A DNA stretch of 25,071 nucleotides, from positions 1 through 25,071 of IMG/VR virus record IMGVR_UViG_3300016667_000400. One strand, 5' to 3'. Below, one piece after another: positions 17,197 through 25,071 of this stretch. Position 1 is the stretch's first letter. Each line of letters begins with the position of its first letter. A model generated the notes under the pieces. It did not search any database. It saw only the letters and a list, made by a program, of their open reading frames with translations, and was not told the origin of the DNA. This DNA is from a virus. Lineage: Duplodnaviria > Caudoviricetes. The translations under genes were made by a program, and so were the position numbers.

Positions 17197-19239
17197 ATGG
17201 CGTTTCAATTAAGCCCAGGAGTAAATGTAACAGAAATTGATTTGACTACGGTTGTTCCAGCCGTATCAACATCAACTGGTGCAGTTGCTGGCGTGTTTTT
17301 ATGGGGTCCAGTAGATCAAGCCACCCTAATCGACTCAGAAATTACTCTTGCAAGAAGATTTGGCAAGCCATCAAGCCATAATGCTGAAACATGGTTCACA
17401 GCTGCAAATTTCTTGGGATACGGAAATTCTCTTTATGTTTCAAGAGCAGCTAACACAACCGCAAATCTATCATCAACATCAATGACAGATAGCCCAAACA
17501 GCGTTTTCAATGCTATCGCAACAACTGATTCTGCACTAATCGGAAATACAGTTGAATTGTCATCTTATGTTGTAAAAAATGAATCACACTTTGCTGCTCA
17601 AACATTTCCTTCACTAGCAACTGGTGGTGTTGTGTTCGTTGCACGTTTCCCAGGTTCTCTCGGCAACTCACTAAAAGTTTCTGTTTGCGATTCTGGTAAT
17701 GCTTATACATCAACATTCTCAGGACTAACTTCAGTCAATATCGGTGTTGGTTCAAACACTGCAAATCTAAACTTCGGTGGTGCTGGTGCAGCAACTGGTA
17801 ACGCTGCATTGATCACAGTTGGTGATTATTTTGAGTTCGGCAACACAACAATCGGTAAGCAAACACTAAAAGTTACTTCAAAAACAGTTGATGGCGCGAA
17901 CGTAAAGCTAAATTTTGCTGATCCATACGTTTTGAGCACAGCAATTACCACTGGCACATCAATCACCAGATATTGGGAATTCTACAACGTTGTTGATGCT
18001 GCACCAGGAACTTCTGAGTATGTACAAAATTTCGGAAATACATCAGCAGTAGACGAAGTTCATGTTGTAATTTCTGATGAAGATGGCAAATTTACAGGCG
18101 TTCCAGGAACTGTTCTAGAAGCATACAAGAACCTTTCAAGAGCGACTGATGCAAAAACAAAAGACGGTGCAGCAAATTACTACAGAACAGTAATTAACGA
18201 TACATCAAATTACGTTTATAATATCAATGATCGTTCAAACTCTTCTTCTGCAAATGCTGCAACAATTGCAAGTTCAACCAACTATGTCCCACAAACACTT
18301 TCTTTTGTTCTAGGACAAGATGGTGATGCTGAAGATGTTGTTCCAATCAATATTCTAACCAACGCATATGACAAATTTGCTTCTGCTGAAGAAATTGACA
18401 TCTCGCTAGTTCTACAAGGTAAAGCCCGTGGATCAGGTGGTGGCGCACAACTTGCTGCTTATCTAATCGACAACATCGCAGAAAGCCGCAAGGATTGCGT
18501 TGTGTTCGCTTCGCCAGATAAAGCAGACGTTGTGAATGGCTCGGGAGATCAAGCTTCTGATGTTGTTGCATTCAGAAATGCAATCAATCGCTCAACTTCT
18601 TATGCAGTTCTTGACAGCGGTTATAAGTATCAATATGACAAGTACAATGACGTTTACCGTTATATCCCACTAAATGGTGACATTGCTGGTCTCTGCGCTC
18701 GTACAGACCAAACAAACGATCCATGGTATTCTCCAGGTGGTTTCAATCGCGGTCAAATCAAGAATATCGTCAAGCTTGCTTGGAACCCAAACAAAACTGA
18801 ACGTGATCTACTCTACAAGAATGGAGTCAACCCAGTCGTAACATTCCCAGGTCAAGGAACTGTGTTGTTCGGCGATAAGACACTTCTATCAAAGCCAAGT
18901 GCTTTCGATAGAATCAACGTTCGCCGTCTCTTCATCGTCCTCGAAAAGGCAATTGCTACAGCTGCCAAGTTCACTCTCTTCGAGTTCAACGATGAGTTCA
19001 CAAGAGCACAATTCAGAGGTCTTGTCGAACCATTCCTTCGTGACGTTCAAGGTCGTCGTGGTATCTATGACTTCCGTGTTATCTGCGATACATCAAATAA
19101 CACTGGTGAAGTTATTGATCGCAACGAGTTTGTCGGCGACATCTACATTAAGCCAGCTAGAAGCATCAACTTCATCCAGTTGAACTTCGTTGCAGTCAGA
19201 ACTGGTGTTGAGTTTGATGAAATCATTGGTAATTTCTAA
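17197..19239 (+). CDS. gp18: Tail sheath protein gp18
   Basis: MAFQLSPGVNVTEIDLT; YKYQYDKYND; PWYSPGGFNRG; FDRINVRRLF; IYIKPARSINFIQLNFVAVRTG. Confidence 0.98.
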   Translation: MAFQLSPGVNVTEIDLTTVVPAVSTSTGAVAGVFLWGPVDQATLIDSEITLARRFGKPSSHNAETWFTAANFLGYGNSLYVSRAANTTANLSSTSMTDSPNSVFNAIATTDSALIGNTVELSSYVVKNESHFAAQTFPSLATGGVVFVARFPGSLGNSLKVSVCDSGNAYTSTFSGLTSVNIGVGSNTANLNFGGAGAATGNAALITVGDYFEFGNTTIGKQTLKVTSKTVDGANVKLNFADPYVLSTAITTGTSITRYWEFYNVVDAAPGTSEYVQNFGNTSAVDEVHVVISDEDGKFTGVPGTVLEAYKNLSRATDAKTKDGAANYYRTVINDTSNYVYNINDRSNSSSANAATIASSTNYVPQTLSFVLGQDGDAEDVVPINILTNAYDKFASAEEIDISLVLQGKARGSGGGAQLAAYLIDNIAESRKDCVVFASPDKADVVNGSGDQASDVVAFRNAINRSTSYAVLDSGYKYQYDKYNDVYRYIPLNGDIAGLCARTDQTNDPWYSPGGFNRGQIKNIVKLAWNPNKTERDLLYKNGVNPVVTFPGQGTVLFGDKTLLSKPSAFDRINVRRLFIVLEKAIATAAKFTLFEFNDEFTRAQFRGLVEPFLRDVQGRRGIYDFRVICDTSNNTGEVIDRNEFVGDIYIKPARSINFIQLNFVAVRTGVEFDEIIGNF

Positions 19240-19245
19240 TAAATA
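19238..19245 (+). promoter_or_regulatory. Late promoter AATAAATA upstream of gp19
   Basis: Overlaps the gp18 stop codon; GAGGAG RBS downstream. Confidence 0.7.
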
Positions 19246-19271
19246 ATTAATAATACCAGAGGAGAATTCAG

Positions 19272-19775
19272 ATGGCTTTTAATGTCAACCAATTTAGAGG
19301 AGCGATGGTCAATGGTGGAGCCAGACCAACGCTCTTCCAAGCTACAATCTTGGGACTTGGAACAGACACACGTTTCATGATTCAAGCTGCACAAATTCCA
19401 GCTTCAACAGTTGGTGTTGTTGAAGTTCCATATTTCGGAAGAAAAGTTCGCCTTGCTGGTGACAGAACTTTCGAAGATTGGCAAGTAACTGTTATCAATG
19501 ATGAAAACTTTATGGTCCGTAACGCATTGGAAGATTGGCACCAAACAATCAACCAAAACATTGGCAACCTTCGTATTTCTTCTGTTCCAGAATCATACAA
19601 GAAGAATGCTATTGTTACGCAATATGGACAAGCTGGCGAAGAAATCGCTCAATATGAGTTTGTTGGAATGTTCCCAGTTTCAATCGGCGCAATCGGTTTA
19701 GACTGGAATGCAACTGATCAGGTGGAAACATTCGACGTGACATTTACGTTCGATTACTGGCTAAAGAACCAATAA
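19272..19775 (+). CDS. gp19: Tail tube protein gp19
   Basis: GGARPTLF; YFGRKVRLAGDRTFEDWQVTVINDE; ETFDVTFTFDYW. Confidence 0.96.
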   Translation: MAFNVNQFRGAMVNGGARPTLFQATILGLGTDTRFMIQAAQIPASTVGVVEVPYFGRKVRLAGDRTFEDWQVTVINDENFMVRNALEDWHQTINQNIGNLRISSVPESYKKNAIVTQYGQAGEEIAQYEFVGMFPVSIGAIGLDWNATDQVETFDVTFTFDYWLKNQ

Positions 19776-19781
19776 TCGACA

Positions 19782-19789
19782 AATAAATA
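19782..19789 (+). promoter_or_regulatory. Late promoter AATAAATA in the gp19-gp20 spacer
   Basis: Intergenic ATAAATA box. Confidence 0.65.
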
Positions 19790-19821
19790 TCAATGAGCCT
19801 TCTTTGTTATTCGCGCTTTAT

Positions 19822-19856
19822 AGGAGGCTAGGCGAAAGTTTAGCCTCCTTACTTTT
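19822..19856 (+). terminator. Intrinsic terminator-like hairpin
   Basis: 12-bp stem AGGAGGCTAGGC/GTTTAGCCTCCT (two G-U pairs), GAAA loop, followed by TACTTTT. Confidence 0.75.
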
Positions 19857-19866
19857 AGGAAATTAA

Positions 19867-21405
19867 ATGGCAGAATTATTTGGATTTGAAATTAAAAGAA
19901 AAGTTTCTGAAAGAAGCGAGTTACCATCATTTGCACCACCAATTGAAGATGATGGTGCAATGGTTGTTGCAGCTGGTGGTGTTTATGGAACATACGTTGA
20001 TCTAGATGGAACAATCAGATCTGAAGCTGAACTTGTTACTCGCTACAGAGATATGTCCCTACATCCAGAAGTTGATTCCGCAATTGACGACATCGTCAAT
20101 GATGCTATCGTTATTGATGACGAAGAAAAAACTGTCTCAATCATTCTTGATGAAATGGAACAACCAGACAACATCAAGCAACTAATTACCAACGAATTTA
20201 ATAATATTCTTAGTTTGTTGGAATTTAATTCATATGCTTATGAAATTTTCCGCAAATGGTATGTTGATGGTAGACTCTATTATCATGTAATCGTTGATGA
20301 AAAAGTTCCGTTTGAAGGAATCAAAGAGTTACGTTACATTGATCCCCGCAAAATTCGCAAGGTCAAAGAAGTAACCAAAAAGAAAATGAAAAATGATGTG
20401 ACTATTCAGCAAACTAATGCTGAATATTACATTTACAATGATAAAGGGTTCAGCAATAAATCTCCAGGCACAGCTTCTTATGCTGCAACTGGTGGTTCAC
20501 TTAAAATTTCTAGAGATTCTATTGCCCACGTTACTTCAGGTTTAACAAGCGTCAACGGAGATATGGTCCTTTCATATCTTCACAAAGCAATTAAACCACT
20601 AAACCAACTTCGCGCTCTAGAAGACGCAACAATCATTTATAGAATTTCTCGCGCCCCAGAACGCAGAGTATTCTATATTGACGTTGGTAATTTGCCAAAA
20701 ATGAAAGCAGAACAATATCTCCGCGATATTATGGTTCGCTTCAAGAATAAACTTGTATACGATGCTACAACTGGCGAAATCAGAGACGACCGCAAGTTTA
20801 TGACCATGCTTGAAGATTTCTGGCTCCCACGCCGCGAAGGAGGTAGAGGTACAGAAATTCAACAATTGAATGCAGGTCAAAATCTTGGAGAAATGTCTGA
20901 TGTTGAGTATTTCCAAAATAAACTATACAAGTCTTTGAATGTTCCAATTACCAGACTTCAAGCAGACGCTACATTTAATTTTGGTAGAGCTACTGAAATT
21001 TCAAGAGACGAAGTTAAATTTGCTAAATTTATCAAACGCCTTAGATCAAAGTTTTCAGTTCTATTCTTAAAACTTCTTGAACGTCAATTGATTCTAAAGC
21101 AAATCATTACTTCTGAAGATTGGATTGAATTTAAAAATCAAATTAAATTCAAATTCGCCGAAGATAATCATTTTGAAGAATTGAAACTATCTGAAATTAT
21201 GACTGATCGCGTCAATCTACTCCGTAATATTGATGATTATGCTGGTAGATATGTTTCAAATACATGGATTCGTAAGAATATTTTGAAACAAACTGACGAA
21301 GACATTAAGGAAATAGATGAAGAAATTGCTGCTGAATTAGAAATTCCACAATATAATCCAGCACCATTGGCTCCAGAACAACCAGCGCCCAATCAACAAC
21401 AATAA
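19867..21405 (+). CDS. gp20: Portal vertex protein gp20
   Basis: LFGFEI; WYVDGRLYYH; ELRYIDPRKI; IYRISRAPERRVFYIDVGNLPKMKAEQYL; EDFWLPRREGGRGTEI. Confidence 0.98.
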   Translation: MAELFGFEIKRKVSERSELPSFAPPIEDDGAMVVAAGGVYGTYVDLDGTIRSEAELVTRYRDMSLHPEVDSAIDDIVNDAIVIDDEEKTVSIILDEMEQPDNIKQLITNEFNNILSLLEFNSYAYEIFRKWYVDGRLYYHVIVDEKVPFEGIKELRYIDPRKIRKVKEVTKKKMKNDVTIQQTNAEYYIYNDKGFSNKSPGTASYAATGGSLKISRDSIAHVTSGLTSVNGDMVLSYLHKAIKPLNQLRALEDATIIYRISRAPERRVFYIDVGNLPKMKAEQYLRDIMVRFKNKLVYDATTGEIRDDRKFMTMLEDFWLPRREGGRGTEIQQLNAGQNLGEMSDVEYFQNKLYKSLNVPITRLQADATFNFGRATEISRDEVKFAKFIKRLRSKFSVLFLKLLERQLILKQIITSEDWIEFKNQIKFKFAEDNHFEELKLSEIMTDRVNLLRNIDDYAGRYVSNTWIRKNILKQTDEDIKEIDEEIAAELEIPQYNPAPLAPEQPAPNQQQ

Positions 21406-21407
21406 AT

Positions 21408-21415
21408 TATAAATA
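21408..21415 (+). promoter_or_regulatory. T4-type late promoter TATAAATA
   Basis: Exact consensus, intergenic. Confidence 0.85.
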
Positions 21416-21432
21416 TTTTGATGGAGATTTAA

Positions 21433-21759
21433 ATGCCCGAACAATATACACCATATGACATCATTGATCTTTCTGTTGAAGAAAAGCCAGTAGATATTTC
21501 TGCAGCTTTTAATGCATTAATGGGGCAAAAAGTATTAGATGCTGTAGCACAAAAGAAAATTGAAGTCGCTAAAGCCATGTTTGGTAATTCGGAAAACCAA
21601 GAAACCCCAGAAGAAAATAATGACGAAGTTGAATATGATGAAGATGATGTGGAAGATGAAGACTTTGAATACAATGACGAGGACTTGGAAGATTACGAAT
21701 TTAGCGACGAGGATTTAGAACAATTAGAAACAGAGGAAGATCAAGATGAAAACTCTTAA
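21433..21759 (+). CDS. gp67: Prohead core protein, gp67-like
   Basis: Lies directly after the portal gene; short helical N-terminus (AFNALMGQKVLDAVAQKKIEVA) plus a highly acidic tail. Confidence 0.7.
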   Translation: MPEQYTPYDIIDLSVEEKPVDISAAFNALMGQKVLDAVAQKKIEVAKAMFGNSENQETPEENNDEVEYDEDDVEDEDFEYNDEDLEDYEFSDEDLEQLETEEDQDENS

Positions 21760-22540
21760 ACAAATTCTAGAAGTTTATAAGCCTAATTCTGCAGACGAAA
21801 AGAAGTTTGTTGACAAGCACATCGTCGTTAAACAAAAAGATCGTAACGGTAACGGTGATGATGTATTTCAAGCAACCAATATTAAAACTGTTGGTCGTAA
21901 AGACGAACGTCATGGTTATGATCCAAATGAAGATGAAAAAGTTTATGAGGAAACTCTTCAAGAAGAATATGAAGAAGATGACACAAGTCACCTTGGTAAG
22001 GTTACTGGCGTAACGATCAATCAAAAAAATAAAAATTCATACAGAGTTACTCAGCATCATGGAAAGGGTGTGGCTGTTCACCATGACTTTGATAATGAAG
22101 CTGATGCGATGAGAAAATATTCTGCATTGAGAAAAAAACATAATATTACTCATTATGGCGAAACAAACGAAGAATTTGAAACCCTCGACGAGATTTCCGG
22201 ATACGAGGCTAGTAATGGCGTTGAAGGCGTAGCAGGTTCAGCCGCCAGAAAAGCAGGAAAGGCGGCAAAAGTAGCTCGCGAAAAAGGTGATATTAAAACT
22301 GCCGAAAAACGCGAAGGACAAAGACAAAAATTTCTTAATTATGCCAGAAAAAAGACTAATGAACAAATTGATTCTGACGGCATCCTAGAAATTACAGAAA
22401 AATTAAAAGTTTCCGATGGCGTTGGTAAGTGGGTCAGCGATTTCGTCCATAGCGATAATCCAAAATTTGCTGGTAAAAGCAAAAAAGAAAGAACGCAAAT
22501 GGCTCTTGGCGCTTTCTATTCAGCAAAAAGAGGTGAATAA
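21746..22540 (+). CDS. Probable prohead core/internal head protein (gp68 position)
   Basis: Begins MKTLKQILE, resembling the T4 capsid-targeting sequence; multiple (L/I/T)xE sites; located between gp67 and gp21. Confidence 0.6.
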   Translation: MKTLKQILEVYKPNSADEKKFVDKHIVVKQKDRNGNGDDVFQATNIKTVGRKDERHGYDPNEDEKVYEETLQEEYEEDDTSHLGKVTGVTINQKNKNSYRVTQHHGKGVAVHHDFDNEADAMRKYSALRKKHNITHYGETNEEFETLDEISGYEASNGVEGVAGSAARKAGKAAKVAREKGDIKTAEKREGQRQKFLNYARKKTNEQIDSDGILEITEKLKVSDGVGKWVSDFVHSDNPKFAGKSKKERTQMALGAFYSAKRGE

Positions 22541-22542
22541 TT

Positions 22543-22908
22543 ATGGCAGTAATTCAAAATAAAGCACTCGGTCAATCGTCGTCTTCTGGATTTGCTGTTC
22601 ATGTTACAGCAAATGCCACCGTTGTAGTTTCTGGCAATTCTTCGGTTAGCAATATTGCTTTGAACGGGGAACAGGTCGCAGCTGCTCACATCAGTCAAAT
22701 TTGGTGGGGTGCGGCAAATGGTGGTTTCTGGACAGTGGCTAGAGGCTCAAATACAGTTGCCGTTCTTCCTGATACTGGTTACTTTGATTTTGCTGGTAGT
22801 GGTGTTGCCCTACAACAAGATCAAGTCGCCAATCTTGTCATCACTCTAACAGGAACAACCAATGGATTCCTTCTCCTAGAGGGACAAAAGAAAGCATCAG
22901 GAGTCTAA
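22543..22908 (+). CDS. Hypothetical beta-rich protein upstream of the prohead protease (possible virion protein)
   Basis: GAGGTG RBS, tightly coupled to neighbours; low-charge Ala/Gly/Val/Ser/Asn composition like the virion proteins. Confidence 0.7.
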   Translation: MAVIQNKALGQSSSSGFAVHVTANATVVVSGNSSVSNIALNGEQVAAAHISQIWWGAANGGFWTVARGSNTVAVLPDTGYFDFAGSGVALQQDQVANLVITLTGTTNGFLLLEGQKKASGV

Positions 22909-22909
22909 T

Positions 22910-23575
22910 ATGAAACTCATCGTAGAACAAGTCGAAGATATTAAATATGTTACCGAAGCCAAAGAAAATGGCAAAAAGAATCTTTATATCGAAGGCGTTT
23001 TTCTTCAAGCAGATGTAAAGAACCGTAATGGAAGAGTCTATCCAGTTTCAGTTCTTGAGAATGAAGTAAATAGATATATGAAAGAGAACGTTGAGAAGAA
23101 AAGGGCTTACGGCGAACTTGGTCACCCACAAGGTCCGTCGATCAACCTAGATCGCGTTTCTCACATGATTGAATCAATCCGCAAAGATGGTTCAAATTTC
23201 ATTGGTAAAGCAAAAATTCTAGAAACCCCAATGGGTAATATCGTTCGCAATCTCATCGATGAAGGTGCATCACTTGGTGTTTCTTCTCGTGGTATGGGTT
23301 CTTTGAAGGAAAATAAGTCTGGTATTATGGAAGTTCAAGGCGATTTCTATCTCGCCACTGCAGCTGACATTGTTGCTGATCCTTCCGCCCCAGATGCTTT
23401 CGTTCAAGGCATTATGGAAGGCGTTGAATGGATTTGGGATAATGGTGCGCTAAAACAAGTTCACCTTGAATCAATCAAGAGAGAAGTAAATAAAGCTTCT
23501 GCTTCACGTTCTCTTGATGAATCAACTAAATTGAAACTTTTTGAGAAGTTTCTAAATTCAATCTCAAAGAACTAA
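22910..23575 (+). CDS. gp21: Prohead protease gp21
   Basis: YIEGVFLQADVKNRNGRVYP; AYGELGHP; LGVSSRGMGSL; DIVADPSAPDAFV. Confidence 0.97.
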   Translation: MKLIVEQVEDIKYVTEAKENGKKNLYIEGVFLQADVKNRNGRVYPVSVLENEVNRYMKENVEKKRAYGELGHPQGPSINLDRVSHMIESIRKDGSNFIGKAKILETPMGNIVRNLIDEGASLGVSSRGMGSLKENKSGIMEVQGDFYLATAADIVADPSAPDAFVQGIMEGVEWIWDNGALKQVHLESIKREVNKASASRSLDESTKLKLFEKFLNSISKN

Positions 23576-23579
23576 CAAT

Positions 23580-23587
23580 TATAAATA
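23580..23587 (+). promoter_or_regulatory. T4-type late promoter TATAAATA
   Basis: Exact consensus upstream of gp22. Confidence 0.85.
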
Positions 23588-23620
23588 TTAGAAAATATTA
23601 CTCTAAAGGAGTTAAGTAAA

Positions 23621-24808
23621 ATGACAGAGAGATACGAAGAAGATCTAGAAGACAATGTTGAAGGTCTAGAAGTAGACGGTCAACTTGATGAAATAGATTT
23701 AAAAACAGCTGAAAGAGTGGCAGATAAACGCAGACTTCAAGCTACTCAAGCTGCTTCAAGAGGCGATGAAGAAAAAAGAAAAGTTCTTCAAAAGAAGGCT
23801 GATGCATCTGGCGTCAGAGTTGTCAACAAGTATTTCAAAGAATCAGCTGCAGATACCCTAAAGCCAGGTTCAAATCCAGACACAACCGATTCAAAGTCAG
23901 CTCTAATGGCTGCTGCTCTTGCTGCTATTGGCGGAATGTCAAAGGAAGATCTTTCACACTTCCTCAATGATGCTCTTGCTCAAAGCCAAAAGGGTGCAGA
24001 CGCCATCGACGCTGGTGCAGCTGCTAAGAATGCAGCAACCATTGCTACAAAGCCATCAGCTGCTACATCAGCAGTTAAGGAAGACCTTAGCGAACTATTC
24101 GGTGAAGATCTTTCAGAAGAATTCAAGGACCAAGCATCAACACTATTTGAAGCTGCAGTTCAAGCTCGCGTAATTGTTGAAACAGCTGCTCTTGAAGAAG
24201 CTTTCGAAGAAGCCCTCAACGAACAAGTTGCTGAAATTACAGAAGCTCTTTCAGAAAAAGTTGACGCATATCTTTCATATGTCGCTCAAGAATGGGTAAA
24301 AGAAAACGAAGTTGCTATCGAGAGCGCCCTCAAAGTTGAGGTTATGGAAGAATTTATCGAAGGACTTAAGAATCTTTTCGTTGAAAATTACATCGAAGTT
24401 CCAGCTGGCAAGGACGATGTTCTCTCAGATCTAGTTGACACAGTTGAGTCTCTAGAAGAAAAGCTCAATGACGTTCTAAACGAAAACATTGAACTCAAGA
24501 AGAACCTAAACGAAAAGGTTATGGACGAAACATTTGCAGAAGTTGCAGAAGGTCTTGCAGCAACTCAAATTGAAAAGTTCCGCACACTAGCTGAGGGTGT
24601 GGAATTTAATTCGGTTGAAGACTACAAGAAGAAGCTATCTCTAATCAGAGGAAAGCTTGTTGAAAAGAGAACAGTTTCAACAAACATTATCACTGAAGAA
24701 GCATCAGGCGTAGCTTCACTTGATGAAGAAGGTACTCAATCAGTTGGTTATACCGATCCTTCGATCAAAAATTACGTCAGCGCAATTGCAAGAACTGTTA
24801 AGAAATAA
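23621..24808 (+). CDS. gp22: Prohead core scaffold protein gp22
   Basis: LSEEFKDQASTLFEAAV; KVDAYLSYVAQEWVKENEVAIE; GLKNLFVENYIEVP. Confidence 0.93.
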   Translation: MTERYEEDLEDNVEGLEVDGQLDEIDLKTAERVADKRRLQATQAASRGDEEKRKVLQKKADASGVRVVNKYFKESAADTLKPGSNPDTTDSKSALMAAALAAIGGMSKEDLSHFLNDALAQSQKGADAIDAGAAAKNAATIATKPSAATSAVKEDLSELFGEDLSEEFKDQASTLFEAAVQARVIVETAALEEAFEEALNEQVAEITEALSEKVDAYLSYVAQEWVKENEVAIESALKVEVMEEFIEGLKNLFVENYIEVPAGKDDVLSDLVDTVESLEEKLNDVLNENIELKKNLNEKVMDETFAEVAEGLAATQIEKFRTLAEGVEFNSVEDYKKKLSLIRGKLVEKRTVSTNIITEEASGVASLDEEGTQSVGYTDPSIKNYVSAIARTVKK

Positions 24809-24813
24809 CGTTT

Positions 24814-24821
24814 TATAAATA
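24814..24821 (+). promoter_or_regulatory. T4-type late promoter TATAAATA
   Basis: Exact consensus upstream of gp23. Confidence 0.85.
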
Positions 24822-24858
24822 AAATTAAGGTATCCTAAACTCAAGGAGAAAAAGTAAA

Positions 24859-25071
24859 ATGGCATATTTAGCTGAAGATCTTTACAAGAAGTGGGGTCCA
24901 GTACTAGATCATGAAGATCTAGGAAAGATCGCCGACTCACAACGTCGCCTAGTCACTGCAACTGTTCTCGAGAACACACAACGTGAACTCCGTGCATCAG
25001 AAGCAATGATCCGTGGCTCACAATCACTCATGGAATCAGTTCCAGCCAACGCTCTATCAGCCGAAGGCGGA
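24859..25071 (+). CDS. gp23: Major capsid protein gp23, 3'-truncated (absent from the ORF track)
   Basis: AAGGAG RBS; translates MAYLAEDLYKKWGPVLDHEDLGKIADSQRRLVTATVLENTQRELR..., matching the gp23 N-terminus (KW.PVL; R..VTA.LLEN). Confidence 0.95.
   Translation, partial: MAYLAEDLYKKWGPVLDHEDLGKIADSQRRLVTATVLENTQRELRASEAMIRGSQSLMESVPANALSAEGG

Noticed and set aside
18899-19183. Ser-rich +1-frame ORF inside gp18
   Set aside because: Explained by frequent TTC/ATC/GTC codons in a highly conserved sheath region.
15551-21405. Inteins, introns or homing endonucleases in gp17/gp18/gp20
   Set aside because: The genes are uninterrupted and of ordinary length; no splicing or HNH/LAGLIDADG motifs were seen.
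1-25071. Stop-codon reassignment
   Set aside because: All conserved genes are full length in the standard code, and TAA, TAG and TGA each terminate genes at sensible positions.

Overview
A + strand segment of a T4-like (myovirus) phage genome in three parts. (1) 1-5834: a fibre region with two very Asn/Thr/Ser-rich, internally repetitive fibre genes (the first is truncated at the window edge) and a small adaptor-like gene between them. (2) 5851-12839: an AT-rich accessory island with a glutaredoxin-like protein, a 460-aa Gly-rich protein, a dUTPase-fold/DUF6065-like protein, a 2OG-Fe(II) oxygenase, two small ORFs, two paralogous cupin-like proteins flanking a Coq4-family protein, and a cobalamin-binding radical SAM enzyme. 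(3) 12871-25071: the canonical T4 neck/packaging/tail/head module (gp13-14-15-16-17-18-19-20-67-[internal protein]-[unknown]-21-22-23 partial), punctuated by (T/A)ATAAATA late-promoter boxes. The best candidate for an undescribed system is the enzyme island beside the fibre genes, which may be a virion-protein tailoring or small-molecule pathway. Smaller signals are dense, conserved N-x-S/T sequons in virion proteins, a purine-loop hairpin over a fibre RBS, a switchable hairpin before the portal gene, and a modular internal-head polyprotein. All family assignments come from motif recognition by eye; no searches were run.
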